The notes below the pieces were generated by a model that saw only the letters and a list, made by a program, of their open reading frames with translations, was not told the origin of the DNA and ran no database searches. A stretch of DNA of 64,000 bases from Syncephalis fuscata S228 (taxonomy: Eukaryota > Fungi > Zoopagomycota): positions 1 through 64,000 of the forward strand of contig JAHLTZ010000012.1 of NCBI GenBank assembly GCA_025786725.1, given 5' to 3'. Position numbers and translations under genes: made by a program. Of this stretch, positions 1 to 14,893 are shown piece after piece. Positions within the stretch are counted from its first letter, which is position 1. Each line of letters begins with the position of its first letter.

Positions 1-3000
1 TAAATACAAGGGATACCCTTACATTTCTAGTTAAATATTACTTAACTTTTTACTTAACTTTAGTTAACTTTTAATTAACTTTTTTAGCCGTATATTTGGT
101 CGATTTTTGTTGGATTTTTGTTGGATTTTTTTGGAAAAAACGGCCCAACTCCCCGTATTTTTAATTCCACGGATACTTGTCCTAAAAATACACGGTGCCA
201 CTTGTTCGAACCGCAAGAAGCAGGCGCGTCGATCCTGATATGCTAAAAATCGCCAAAAATCGTGGGAATGCGTGAAAAATACGCGGAGTTGGCCTCCATA
301 CAAAAAACGGCACTTTTTGCATGTTTTGATTTTTAATTCATTGGATAAATTTTTGGCGATTTTTTCGAATATATAGATCGACGCACCATATCATTGCGGT
401 CAGAACGAGTGGTCCTGTGTATTTTTAGAGCAATTATCCGTAGAGTTAAAAATACGTGAAGTTTGATGACTAGTTTATAGTGGCATATTTCACGAAATCC
501 TAAGAATATCCCCTATAACTAGCAAACTAGAACTCCCGTATTTTTAATTCTACGGATACTTGCTCTAAAAATACACAGGACCACTCGTTCGGACCGCAAT
601 GACATGGTGCGTCGATCTATATTCGAAAAAATCGCCAAAAATTTATCCAATGAATTAAAAATCAAAACATGCAAAAAGTGCCGTTTTTTGTATGGAGGCC
701 AACTCCGCGTATTTTTCACGCATTCCCACGATTTTTGGCGATTTTTAGCATATCAGGATCGACGCGCCTGCTTCTTGCGGTTCGAACAAGTGGCACGTGT
801 ATTTTTAGGACAAGTATCCGTGGAATTAAAAATACGGGGAGTTGGGCCGTTTTTCCAAAAAAATCCACAAAAATCCAACAAAAATCGACCAAATATACGG
901 CTAAAAAAGTTAATTAAAAGTTAACTAAAGTTAAGTAAAAAGTTAAGTAATATTTAACTAGAAATATAAGGGTATCTTGCATTTGTTAATAAAATATAAC
1001 TAAAAGTTAATTGTTAATGTTAGTTAATTAACTAATGGTAATGATAACCGTTTAACAACTAGTTAACTTTTAATTACTTAACTAATTACTTAACTTTAGT
1101 TAACTTTGTCTATTTTATTAACAAAATGCAAGGATACCCTTACATTTCTAGTTAAATATTACTTAACTTTTTACTTAACTTTAGTTAACTTTTATTAACT
1201 TTTTTAGCCGTATATTTGGTCGATTTTTGTTGGATTTTTGTCGATTTTTTTGGAAAAAACGGCCCAACTCCCCGTATTTTTAATTCCACGGATACTTGAC
1301 CTAAAAATACACGGTGCCACTTGTTCGAACCGCAAGAAGCAGGCGCGTCGATCCTGATATGCTAAAAATCGCCAAAAATCGTGGGAATGCGTGAAAAATA
1401 CGCGGAGTTGGCCTCCATACAAAAAACGGCACTTTTTGCATGTTTTGATTTTTAATTCATTGGATAAATTTTTGGCGATTTTTTCGAATATATAGATCGA
1501 CGCACCATATCATTGCGGTCGAACGAGTGGTCCTGTGTATTTTTAGAGCAATTATCCGTAGAATTAAAAATACGGGAGTTCTAGTTTGCTGGTTATAGGG
1601 GGATATCTTAGGATTTCGTGAAATATGCCACTATAAACTAGTCATCAAACTCACGTATTTTTAACTCTACGGATATTGCTCTAAAAATACACAGGACCAC
1701 TCGTTCTGACCGCAATGATATGGTGCGTCGATCTATATATTCAAAAAATCGCCAAAAATTTATCCAATGAATTAAAAATCAAAACATGCAAAAAGTGCCG
1801 TTTTTTGTATGGAGGTCCAACTCCGCGTATTTTTCACGCATTCCCACGATTTTTGGCGATTTTTAGCATATCAGGATCGACGCGCCTGCTTCTTGCGGTT
1901 CGAACAAGTGGCACCGTGTATTTTTAGGACAAGTATCCGTGGAATTAAAAATACGGGGAGTTGGGCCGTTTTTCCAAAAAATCCACAAAAATCCAACAAA
2001 AATCGACCAAATATACGGCTAAAAAAGTTAACTAAAAGTTAACTAAAGTTAAGTAAAAAGTTAAGTAATATTGACTAGAAATGTAAGGGTATCCTTGCTA
2101 TTTTGTAATAAAATATAGACTAAAAGTTAACTAAAAGTTAAGTAATTAGTTAGTAATTAACTAATGGTAATGATAACGTTTAACACTTAGTTAACTTGTT
2201 AATTACTTAACTAATTACTTAACTTTTAGTTAACTTTAGTCTATATTTATTAACAAAATAGCAAGGATACCCTTACATTTTAGTCAAATATTACTTAACT
2301 TTTTACTTAACTTTAGTTAACTTTTAATTAACTTTTTTAGCCGTATATTTGGTCGATTTTTGTTGGATTTTTGTCGGATTTTTTGGGAAAAACGGCCCAA
2401 CTCCCCGTATTTTTAATTCCACGGATACTTGTCCTAAAAATACACGGTGCCACTTGTTCGAACCGCAAGAAGCAGGCGCGTCGATCCTGATATGCTAAAA
2501 ATCGCCAAAAATCGTGGGAATGCGTGAAAAATACGCGGAGTTGGACCTCCATACAAAAAACGGCACTTTTTGCATGTTTTGATTTTTAATTCATTGGATA
2601 AATTTTTGGCGATTTTTTCGAATATATAGATCGACGCACCATATTATTGCGGTCGAACGAGTGGTCCTGTGTATTTTTAGAGCAATATCCGTAGATTAAA
2701 AATACGGAAGTTTGTTGCTGGTTATAGGGGATATTTAGGATTCGTGAAATATGCCCTATAACTAGCATCAAACTCCCGTATTTTTAATCTACGGATAATT
2801 GCTCTAAAAATACACAGGACCACTCGTTCGACCGCAATGATATGGTGCGTCGATCCTATATATTCAAAAAATCGCCAAAAATTTATCCAATGAATTAAAA
2901 ATCAAAACATGCAAAAAGTGCCGTTTTTTGTATGGAGGTCCAACTCCGCGTATTTTTCACGCATTCCCACGATTTTTGGCGATTTTTAGCATATCAGGAT

Positions 3001-4470
3001 CGACGCGCCTGCTTCTTGCGGTTCGAACAAGTGGCACCGTGTATTTTTAGGACAAGTATCCGTGGAATTAAAAATACGGGGAGTTGGGCCGTTTTTCCCA
3101 AAAAATCCGACAAAAATCCAACAAAAATCGACCAAATATACGGCTAAAAAAGTTAATTAAAAGTTAACTAAAGTTAAGTAAAAGTTAAGTAATATTGACT
3201 AAAATGTAAGGGTATCCTTGCTATTTTGAATAAATATAGACTAAAAGTTAACTAAAAGTTAAGTAATTAGTTAAGTAATTAACTAATGGTATGATAACCG
3301 TTAACATTAGTTACTTGTTAATTACTTAACTAATTACTTAACTTTATTAACTTTTAGTCTATATTTATTAACAAAATAGCAAGGGATACCCTTACATTTT
3401 AGTCAAATATTACTTAACTTTTTACTTAACTTTAGTTAACTTTTAATTAACTTTTTTAGCCGTATATTTGGTCGATTTTTGTTGGATTTTTGTGGATTTT
3501 TTGGGAAAAACGGCCCAACTCCCCGTATTTTTAATTCCACGGATACTTGTCCTAAAAATACACGGTGCCACTTGTTCGAACCGCAAGAAGCAGGCGCGTC
3601 GATCCTGATATGCTAAAAAATCGCCAAAAATCGTGGGAATGCGTGAAAAATACGCGGAGTTGGACCTCCATACAAAAAACGGCACTTTTTGCATGTTTTG
3701 ATTTTTAATTCATTGGATAAATTTTTGGCGATTTTTTGAATATATAGATCGACGCATCATATCATTGCGGTCGAACGAGTGGTCCTGTGTATTTTTAGAG
3801 CAATTATCCGTAGAATTAAAAATACGGGAGTTTAGTTGCTGGTTATAGGGGATATTTAGGATTCGTGAAATATGCCACTATAAACTAGTCATCAAACTTC
3901 CGTATTTTTAACTCTACGGATAATTGCTCTAAAAATACACAGGACCACTCGTTCGACCGCAATATATGTGCGTCGATCTATATATTCAAAAAATCGCCAA
4001 AAATTTATCCAATGAATTAAAAATCAAAACATGCAAAAAGTGCCGTTTTTTGTATGGAGGCCAACTCCGCGTATTTTTCACGCATTCCCACGATTTTTGG
4101 CGATTTTTAGCATATCAGGATCGACGCGCCTGCTTCTTGCGGTCCGAACAAGTGGCACCGTGTATTTTTAGGACAAGTATCCGTGGAATTAAAAATACGG
4201 GGAGTTGGGCCGTTTTTCCCAAAAAATCCGACAAAAATCCAACAAAAATCGACCAAATATACGGCTAAAAAAGTTAATTAAAAGTTAACTAAAGTTAAGT
4301 AAAAAGTTAAGTAATATTTAACTAGAAATGTAAGGATATCCCTTGCATTTTGAATAAATATAGACTAAAAGTTAGTAACTTGTTAATTACTTAACTAATT
4401 ACTTAACTTTAATTAAGTTGTTAAATAGTTATCATTACCATTAGTTAATTAACTAACTAATTATTAACTA
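1..4470. repeat. Array of alternating inverted repeats: eight ~450-500 bp arms forming four palindromes, period ~1.13 kb, joined by TTAAC/GTTAA-rich spacers
   Basis: The same short pseudo-ORF recurs alternately on - and + (64-303, 604-924, 1204-1422, 1809-2042, 2337-2552, 2932-3147, 3443-3694, 3966-4268). 1-~445 is the reverse complement of ~545-985. Copies differ mostly by small indels. Confidence 0.95.
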
Positions 4471-5807
4471 ATTAATTATGCTATGCTTAATAATTAGTTT
4501 ATTGGTTATTTATTAATGATTACTACTGATTATTTGTTTATATTGATTAAATAGCACTAATATTATGGTTGGCGTATTAGTGCCATTAGTAACATATGAT
4601 TGTGCATTGCAGCATTGGCGCTAGATAATGCATAAACCATTAGCAGTATATATGCTGGACATATCCAATTATAGTGGCGCTAGCTATCGTATGATCATAG
4701 CAACTGTGTCAACTATTAGCATTGTGTGTACACTTGCATATTCATCAGTAATTGTATATTGGTGTATACCATACCTAAAATTTAGGATATATAAACTACG
4801 CAATTGTATAGTATTATGTAGAAGTATAACTGCTATGGTTGGACTATAGTATAACAGGGAAGACAAATGAGTGTTTGATAAAGGTTGGTTTTTTATTTGA
4901 TATGATAATTATTACTACATTTATAGCAATGTTGGATATAGAGAAGAGAAAAAAGTAAACCAATTATTAAGTATTTGTAAATTTGTGATAAAATGTTGTA
5001 GAGTATCTGTTGATGTCATAAACATAACAAATGTTAGCAATCTGTTTAACATATGTAATAGTTAGAATTAGGTAATATTAACCGTGTAAATTTGAAATTA
5101 TAATGATTTTTAAATATAGTAATCATCATATAGTGAGTTGTATAGATTCTATAAATAAATTTTCAATAAGATAGCAGAATATTGATGTATATACAATACT
5201 TGTATCTGTAGCTATATCCGTTAGTATTAAGCATCAATTGTAATTACCCCCAAGTGCTATGATATGGATTAGAAACTGATTGTCTATCAATAGATCATTG
5301 ACGCTTTATATGATTTTAGATAGTTTAACGCTTCATTATATGAGTTGACCAGTATTATAGCAAAACAGCAAATATGTTGTAGTATTTTCAAGTGGATAAA
5401 CACATTTATAATTGATTGATAATGTATTATGACATAAATGCCTATAATACTATTATTGATACACTTATAGTTTGTCGTTATGCTTGAGCGACTATAAAAC
5501 ACTTTATATATTTTACAATAAACAATATGCATTACATGTATGGCTAGTATTGATCTTATAGCCATGACCTTGATGAAGGTGTACGAATAGCAATGCCGAA
5601 ATTATAGTGCATGCAGCTCAATGGAAGAATTAAGTTGAAATATATTACTAATGAAGCTACAAACAAACAAACAATAGTTCTTAATAAAGTGTTAATACTT
5701 ATAATAAAATAGTGTACAAGCGAATAAGTATATAATAGGAAAGACATAAATAACAGTCGCAAAATCACTGAGCATATATACTTAAATAGATGAGCGATAT
5801 TAGTTGA

Positions 5808-7250
5808 AATTTTATTAATAATAGTGCTAGAACAAAAATAAATATACTTTGGATAGAGGAAGGCTAGCAATTATAGCATGATATATAAAATGATAAATGT
5901 ACGGTAAGAAAGTTATAAAACAACGTTGATGTTATAGTGTGCATAGTGGAATGAGCGGAATGAGTAAAGTATATTGCCGCATATAATAAATAGAATGTGT
6001 TTAGTATATCATAGAATGATATATGGTAGTGTAGAATAGAGTGGGAATGATATAGGCGAATAGAGGATATATGTGTACTGAATATATGCATCTGGATAAT
6101 AAATCTACAATGATGAGTATTTGATAACTGATGTCATTCACCACCCATTATCATGTTCAGTAGACTGGATGTTATTAAATATTAGTCATTTAACCACCAA
6201 ATAACAATAAATGTAATGATGTGATGATTAAATAAAATTCACCACTTGTTTCCGTGTTCAATAGAACAAAATGTAGTTCAACTACGCGAACGTTATTAAA
6301 AAAAGTCATTTGACCACCAAATCACATTGCATGTAATGATATAATAATTAAACAAATATAATATAATAAATGACATGATACACGTTGGTTCAATGAGCAG
6401 ATGTTTATAACAAGGTTATAATTAAAACCAGTAGACTATTGAAAATAGATAATCAGATAAATATACAGTGATATAGAAAACTGTTAAATGGAAAAGAATA
6501 TAACATGTTGATAACATACAACCAGCTAGATCATCATATGATTATATAGCTATATGAGTAATTATATGGTTATATTGTCAACCAGCTATTTTAACTATTG
6601 GACAGGTTAATATACAGCTATATGACCAACTATAAATATATATATATACAAATAAATAAACAAACAGCTATAAGACTGTATATACCGCACTATAACTAAT
6701 TTTATTTACTAATAGTTGTTTATTGTTTAGTGTGATTTGGGGCCCAAATGATTAGTTTTAATAACATTCGCGTAGTTGAACTACATTTTGTTCTATTGAA
6801 CACGGAAACAAGTGGTGAGTTTTATTTAATCATCACATCATTACATTTATTGTATTTGGTGGTTAAATGACTAATATTTAATAACATCCAGTCTACTGAA
6901 CATGATAATGGGTGGTGAATGACATCAGTTATCAAATACTCATCATTGTAGATTTATTATCCAGATGCATATATTCAGTACACATATATCCTCTATTCGC
7001 CTATATCATTCCCACTCTATTCTACACTACCATATATCATTCTATGATATACTAAACACATTCTATTTATTATATGCGGCAATATACTTTACTCATTCCG
7101 CTCATTCCACTATGCACACTATAACATCAACGTTGTTTTATAAACTTTCTTACCGTACATTTAGCATTTTATATATCATGCTATAATCGCCTAGCCTTCC
7201 TCTATCCAAAAGTATATTATTTTTGTTCTAGCACTATTATTAATAAAATT
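5808..7250. repeat. Foldback/MITE-like element: ~520-bp inverted arms (5808-~6326, ~6731-7250) around a ~400-bp spacer
   Basis: Near-identical pseudo-ORFs 5864-6091(-) and 6965-7186(+); arms read as reverse complements; no transposase. Confidence 0.85.
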
Positions 7251-8265
7251 GACCTATTTTGCTCATGCACATACATATATGTTTAGTAACTTTAACAAGG
7301 CTAATCGTCGCTCAACATTGGATATTTATTATATTGTATATCGCTCCGTTATATAGCGTCAAAGCTATCCAAAACCGCTGTTTATTTGTCGCTAGCTGTT
7401 TTGGCTGTAAAGATCAGCTTATTCTGTTTATTTTATTCATATATACATACACTATAATGTCAGCACTATTACTCATACCCTTTTCATTATACATTGTTTT
7501 GTTTCATATCTTGTTATTCTCGCTTGGCTATGCACTATTCAAAATCATTTCCCGCTTATTCTGGTGCTATTATTTACAAGCTGTGACTTATTGCGTTCAG
7601 CCCACTCATTGAGCTATATACACTATAATCTCAATAACGCTATCCATAGTCTCCTCTGTATATTTGTCCTACTACATATCGTTGTATATTATAAAAGCTG
7701 TATATTTGTTACTCGCTGCATTTTTATATAGTTCAATACAGCTGGTTCATTCACTGCTATACACATTATAGCTTTATCGCTATCATTCATATATCATCAT
7801 CCCCCTATTCATTCTACTATATATTGTAGATTTTAATTCGAGTCATTTAGGTCTGTACATACTGTATGTTTATTCTCTATAGCAAATATATCAATAAATA
7901 AATCATATAACTACAGCATATTTTAATGTCCAGTAAAATCATTATACGACATTGGAACTAGAATATTGCACTGTTGTTAAACGAGCCTCAAAAAAGTCGT
8001 ACAAATGTGAAATTCCTAATTGAGGCAACAGAGCTGCAATTTTCACTTTACAAATGGCTACAAATTTTATTCATTGTCACTAGAAAAGCTTTTATCTTTG
8101 ATTGAATCCTAATTGTGTGCATCAACCTTTATTGCATTAGTAGAGTGAGTACGTGTGCAATCACTCATCGTCTTGCTACTCTATCGCAACTCGAGTAAGC
8201 GTGTGTATACTCGTATGACCATCCATACAACAACGCCGATACTATAGCAATATAAGGGCAACAGT

Positions 8266-11200
8266 ATGGATAACCGACAAGTAAGTGATGACTCAGGAGG
8301 ACAATCGCCGCATAGACACTCTCCAGTACTGACCACGTCCACTGCTAGAGATTGTCTCGTCTATTACTTCGGCGGCTAAAAGAACGAACGCGCGAGCTGA
8401 ACGACCAACTAGGCAGCCGTGTACTTATAACAGGCACCAAAGGTCTACTTATAGATCGCCTACTAACCTATATAATTTCGCTTGAAGAATCTGGATCGCA
8501 TGAACAGCTACAAAAAACTTGGTCCATACTGGAGCGGTAAGTTGCAAATAACGATGACAACCATCACAGACCCACAACAGTTAGACTATGTCTTGTTAAC
8601 GATGAATGGTACTGTACAGCGAAGAAGAAGGACACCAAAGCTGGTCGTCTATGTCAGCGGCTGTTAATGCGCACACAGCCAATTCGCTGTCCACTACATC
8701 CAACACCTCTTGCTCGCCGATCCACTACGAGCTACTAAATCGGCTAGGCGATGATGCTCATTCGTCGCCATCCTTGCTATCTAGCCAAGGCTATCGACAC
8801 ACAGTTGACTTATCCCGGTATGCAGATTCAAACTATATGATGTTCAAACAGCTTGATCTAACAAACAGTCTTATTACACCAATGAATACCAATAGTAGTA
8901 GTAGCGCGAATAATGGTACATCACATTTATCTCTTTCATTTCGTTCCTGTCCGTTCTACACTGATCCTCAGCCACTATCAGATATAGTGTACGCGGAAGG
9001 TAAGTAAATAGATATAGCGTATTTATGTGTCACTAATTGTATCTGTCAGTATCAAATGTTAAAATGACCAGTGTGGCACGATTTTCACTTAATTCGAAGA
9101 ATATTGAAACATTAACTGGTAGTTCGTAAGTTGGCATTTACTTATTTGGTGATTATAAAGTTAATAATGGATTTACTAAATAGATATGTACCAAGTCGTA
9201 AAACACCAAAATTCTCCTCTCATCGTGTTATGGTCTACTGCGTTGATGCGGACCAGTGGCGCACCATGCCACATGAGCCACTTTCGTTGGAATTTCCACC
9301 TGTAGTTGAATTATCTATTAACCATACGGTTATTCGTAAAGTAAGTGTTATAATATGCTATAAACGCTACTAATTATAATACTGTCATTTATAGAATCTA
9401 AGAGGCATTAAAAATCGTCCAGGTACTGTCCATCCCGTGGACATTACACCGCACTGCTGTTTGAAGCCAGGTGCTGTTAATCAATTGGACATTTCATATA
9501 TTAATACACCCAAGGTAACTTACCACTATAAGCTAAATAGATATCATATTAATATCAATTAGAAATATGTATTTGTCGTATGCTTGTCAAAAGTAACACA
9601 AACATCGGAATTGGTTGATAAGTTAAAAGGACGGAAACCACTTGAGAAATCCAATGTACAGCAGTTATGTAAGTAACATGTAATTACAACATATCAATTA
9701 ATGTAATAATTTTATAATATTAATATCAATAGTAAATCGAATCGCCAGTGATACCGAAATTACCACCACCTTATCCAATGTTCTTTAAAATGCCCTGTAA
9801 GTTAGCAATAATTGTATTGATTAGTATGAACATTTATTGACTATTATCTATAGTTGACCCATATGAGAATACAACTACCATGTCGATCACGAAAATGTCA
9901 GCATATTCAATGTTTTGATGCCACATCATTTCTTGAATTGAATGCACAGACACCAACTTGGCAATGTCCCATCTGCAATCGATTACTACAGTCATGGGAG
10001 GAATTGGTATGGGATACGTAAGTGTTATTACTAATCATTTATATAATTTATTTACATTCTTTGACTAGCTATTTTAAAGAAATATTAGATAGCACAACCA
10101 CATCAGTGGACAGTATTGTAATGGATGATCAAGGGAATGGTCAATACGGCCTAATTCAACAGGTGCACGGACATCACCTAAAACGCCCTCTACTCGTCAA
10201 GACACCGTTGGAGGAGAAAAAAGAAAGCGGCTGCTATTTGATATTGAAGATAATTCACTGCCATCTTCACCGACTTCACCTCGTTCTCCGTCATCTTCAA
10301 TAGCGGGCAATAGTAATGGCGATACTAGTAACACATCTAATACGGCACAGATCATTGATTTGACGTTAAGTAGTAGCGAGGATGAACTTGAAGATGAATC
10401 AGAAAAGGAAATACCAGTATTGAATAAAAAGTCTAAAGCGACCAACGAGTCTATTTCTATAAAGACGGAATCACAGCTAGATTCAACGGCCACCACTCAC
10501 GAAAATGGCCACGATAATAACAATAATACTGATGAAAATGAGACTGGCAACCATAGCAGACCTAGTGACTGGATCCGACGGTATCTTGGTGGCTATGTCT
10601 CTACGCCATCCAGTTCCTCTACTGCACCCACTTCATTGCCAACAACTGTATCAGTAACGGCTGAGGTAGTAGAACCAACTACATCGGCACCAGCACCGGT
10701 AGGGACAACAACAACATCTGAACTGTTACGTAAATTGAATAATCTTAATGAACGTATTCAACATGCTCGAATACCTGTATCTTCAGTGTCTACAGCGGAT
10801 GATGTTGCAACAAATGGTATTACAAATAATACGGGTGCAACAACACCATCTATTTCACCTACATCGGATACGGGACAGACACAATGGTATTCACCAAATG
10901 CATCTCCTTCTTCTAATGCTAATACTAATGCTACTACTACTAATACTGCTGAAATGATACCACTTAATACAACTATTCGGCCCACATCACACGGTACAAT
11001 TACGACAACACTATTGTCATCCACACTACCAGTAAATAGAAATGTATTAGATGATCGAGTGACACCGCCCACTAATAGCAGTAATGGCCATCACAGAAAT
11101 ACACCAACTCAGTGGTACACGCCATCAAGTGATCTGGCACAACGACAACCACAACGCCGTCTATATAACAATACTGACAATGATGGTGGTGCAGTCTACA

Positions 11201-11538
11201 GGGATAGACTAGAACCGTCCCATCTATCTCTCTATTCAACCCATCCTCGACATCTTTCCTATGATGAATGGTATCGCTGTACATTGCCAACACCTTCATC
11301 ACCAATAGATAGTCAATTGATAAGTCAAGGATCTGATATGCTTGCTTATTATTCATCTTATAATAATATAGCAGCATCCAATTCTCATAATACTGATTCA
11401 TATCCACATCAGTATCAGCGGCCACCATTACCACCACACCAACAACAGCAGTCGCAGTCACAACGGTATCAGCAGCAGCAGTATCAGCAGCAGCAACAAC
11501 CATATCATTCGCAGTATCAGCAACATCACCGTCAATAG
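8266..11538 (+). CDS. SIZ1: SIZ/PIAS-family SUMO E3 ligase (SAP-like, PINIT, SP-RING/zf-MIZ), multi-exon, long S/T/N/Q-rich tail
   Basis: ATG 8266 with GT donor at 8281; PINIT-like GIKNRPGTVHPVDIT (~9403-9447); SP-RING LKCP|LTHMRIQLPCRSRKCQHIQCFDA...TWQCPICNR (~9785-9980); SIM-like IIDLTLSSSEDE; last exon ends 11538. Probable indel errors near 9.78 and 10.14 kb. Confidence 0.9.
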
Positions 11539-11653
11539 TAACGGCATCAATACGATGGACCGTCAACCTACTATAATATTCGATGTTTTTTTGTAATAAT
11601 AATAATAAATAGTAGTGTAACATTTATTCTGAAATACTAGATTAGCTAGCTAC

Positions 11654-12713
11654 TTAAGACGAGGGTGGCATGGGATGTTGGATGGCTGTATCGTAATCAG
11701 GTGGTGCTTCCTGAGGAACAGTATGAGATGGAGGCGGTCCAGCCACCGATAAAGGTGTAGAAGAGGCTATGTGTTCTGTAGCTATAGCCGATGAATTTCC
11801 TATATTATAAACAGTATATTATATTAGGTAATTAATAAAGTAATATAGCGCACTGTATGTAGAGTTACCTGTCATGCTATTACGATTACCATTGATGCCT
11901 GGTATTGGATGATTTGTAGGAGCAGCAGTTGAAGTGGAGGCATTTGCTGCTATTCCTTCAGCCCGTGGTGTATAGGCAGGTAACTGCTCAAGTGTATCTG
12001 GTAATTCACCAAGCTCTAACGCATCATTAATATCAATAAATAATACGTATTATTCATTATTACCTTGAATACGTTCACGTAATTGTCTATAAATAGTGGA
12101 GAATTCAAATGCGCCTAATTATCAATGCAGTTATAGCTGTATGAATTATTACTATACTCATTATGACCTACCTCCTTCTTTAAAGTATAATTTAACCTGC
12201 ATCGCTGCCGGCAATCCACCTTGATACACCTAACAGTATTATTACAAATAATTAAATATAGCCTATTTGCACTGTTGTAATACTTACTGGCTCCACTGTA
12301 CATGAATAGTAATTGGCGTTAAACCAAGGCTGATTTAACTTGCCTTCATGTATATTTAGCAAAGGCATCGATAATGACTGAAATCCAACTAGACTTGGCT
12401 GTGCCAAGTAAACAATCCGCTGATTCGATAAATAGACATGACCAGAAGCTGCATTATAGCAACCGCTATATATAACAATACAAATTAGCAAGTTTAACTA
12501 TTTGTGTGTTAGAGTAGACCAGTACTTGCCTACTACCAGGAAAACCACTAATACAGCGACGATAAGTATATAGAGTTACTTGACAAGCTACAGCACTTAC
12601 TTTCCATAGACTGATTCCAAACAAACGCCTGTTTTCTCAAGAAATACCTTTTCATTAGGTAAAAGTATAATGGCAGTGCCATCGGCACTTAATGCAGCTT
12701 GGTTAATCGACAT
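11654..12713 (-). CDS. WW-domain-binding protein 2-like (GRAM/PH-like domain with PY-type motifs), multi-exon
   Basis: MSINQAALS... from ATG 12713; GHVYLSNQRIVY...KLNQPWFNANY, KLYFKEGG|AFEF, LPAY and PPDY motifs typical of WBP2; TAA 11654-11656. Confidence 0.8.
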
Positions 12714-12890
12714 TGTACGCAAGAAAGATAAAGAAAGGTGTACCAAGAACAGTATACTGTTGTGATAATGGTGGTGGTGGTGATATGTTTAAAACAAAAA
12801 AAGTGTCAATAAGAAGCAATAGACTGCAACGGTCACATGTGTAAAACATTCTATTTATTGTTAATATATCAGCACACAAATCCGCGACTT

Positions 12891-14576
12891 CTAATGTACC
12901 CTTTGCCGTCTTGATTGTCTTGGTGTTGCTCTTACGGGTGTTGCTTCTTTGTGGGTGGGCCGGTTTTCTATTCATATCGTTAATATGGTGGTAAGTAAAT
13001 AGTACAACTACAATTACCTGAATAGTCGTCGTTGTTATCGTCGTCGTCATCTTCATTGGAATATAGACGATCTTCTTGTTCATAGACACCTAATCGCCTA
13101 TTCATCAATTAGTATAACTAGCACATGTATATCAAATAAATTACTTACTTTCTACGTGCTGCAACTGATGTAGGTGTTACTTGGTGTTCAGAAAGTGTTC
13201 GTTGACGATTTAAACCATTGCTCATAGCTGTTGTCGTTGTTGTTGCACCTGGTTGTTGCTGTTGTCGTCGCCGTCTACCACTATTGGCCATTGTAGTAAA
13301 TGAGAACGATTTGGTCATTGGTTGGTCATAAACTGGCACAGATGACATACTGAATGTTCGTCGATTATTACTGTCGGAAAGTGTGCTTTGTTCTCTCGAT
13401 AAAAGACCAATACTTTTGTTAACAAACTTAGTGTTATATTCGCTGTAAACTTGTCCAAATAGCAGCTGCTTGTCTTTAACGTGTTGTACATAGGTTCTAC
13501 ACAAATAATAAGTCTACTCAACAGTATTAGCTTAATTGTATCAATAAAAGGACTAGCTTACCTGTAATGCTACAGCCAAGGCTACTGGAAGGAAAAAGGG
13601 CCAATTTTCGGCATTTAAGCCAAAATAAACGGCTAATTGTGGTGGTGACCACCAGCTAAAGATGATGTAACTGTTAAATATCATAATACTGGTAAATAAA
13701 CAACGACTTACCAGAAAATATTGAGTGAAAATACAGGCGAATCCCACATGTACAGTATATGAACCTGTCGTTCATCATCGGGTGTATACTGAATTATCCT
13801 CCATACCGGACGCCTATAATTGATCATCAGCATATGATTGCCATATACTGTTGCCACACTTACATAATAAAGCGGAATAAACGAGTACATAGACTGGATG
13901 GTTTGTCATAAACACGTTTTGTACGTACATTTGGATTTTGAATGGTTGACTAGCATACGATGTTAATAAAGCTACTACTAACCAGCTAGCTTGCTACACT
14001 ATTTGGCTGCTTATAAATAGCACATACCTCTGCAGATGAATCAAATAGCTGATAGTGGCGGCTGCGTGTAAACAAATAAACAGTATTGGCTAGACTTAGC
14101 ACGAAAAATACTACTTCTAGTAGGTTAATCTATAAGCATAGTTAGATAACAACATGGCTGCAGTTACAGCAATCGCTGCAGTAGCAAGTACCCAGAACAT
14201 AGTATTCGCATCTATCCAGCCACTTGGTACAGGTTTTCCATACCCAAATCTAACTTGTTCAGGCGATTCTAACGAATGGCTTAGGCGTAGAAAAAGAAAT
14301 GCGCCGTTAAGTATAATAGCCGCGGGCCAACTAAACAATAGATGAATAACCATATATGTATACACACATACAAGCCGTTAAGTTACCGCTACGCCACAAG
14401 CAATCGCCGCATTCTTACCTAAGTGTTTCTTGTAACGAGTCCCAGTCAAGTGTCTCCCAGTCCTCTTGAATGCGCATGAGCCAGTCGTGTGGCGCGGAAC
14501 GAACGCGATCGCTCAACGATTCTTTACGTACTAAACGGCCACTTTCCGATAGTGACGGTGAACCCGGCTCCGTCAT
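12891..14576 (-). CDS. Nuclear rim protein NUR1/Mug154-family membrane protein, multi-exon
   Basis: DWLMRIQEDWETLDWD, hydrophobic segments, MWDSPVFSLNIF|WWSPPQ and KDKQLLFGQVYSEYNTKFV match remembered family motifs; 3' end by manual splicing (TAG 12891-12893). Confidence 0.7.
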
Positions 14577-14893
14577 CGTATTGATATGTTTACAGACAAA
14601 ATATAAAACGTATTAAGCTTACTAAACTCGAAAAGAATAACTACGTGGCGGAGTCGTGTAGCAAAAGAAAGCGGCTGACTACGCTGCACACCAGTAAAAG
14701 AACGAAAATAGTACGAGCGTGTTTTTGTGGTGTGATGAGTGGGGGTGGTGTGGTAAAATCAGTCTTAAATTATTGATTGCAGATCTGAATAAATTAAAAA
14801 TTACTTACTGCTACAGTACCTGCTAGATTTATACAGCATATCATCTGTATTTACGCGTACGTAAAAATATAGCTCTACGAAGCAAAAAGGTAT

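Noticed and set aside
64-4268. Repeated 60-106 aa ORFs in the palindromic array as protein genes
   Set aside because: Starts, frames and ends vary between copies through indels; no recognisable domain.
1-4470. Canonical telomere repeat or uncut sequencing adapter
   Set aside because: No TTAGGG-type perfect tandem array and no adapter sequence I recognise at the turn points; other artefacts are not excluded.
10197-11623. Antisense and alternate-frame ORFs over SIZ1, and likewise over ACAD, RPS1, SNRNP25 and allantoicase
   Set aside because: Shadows of real coding exons.
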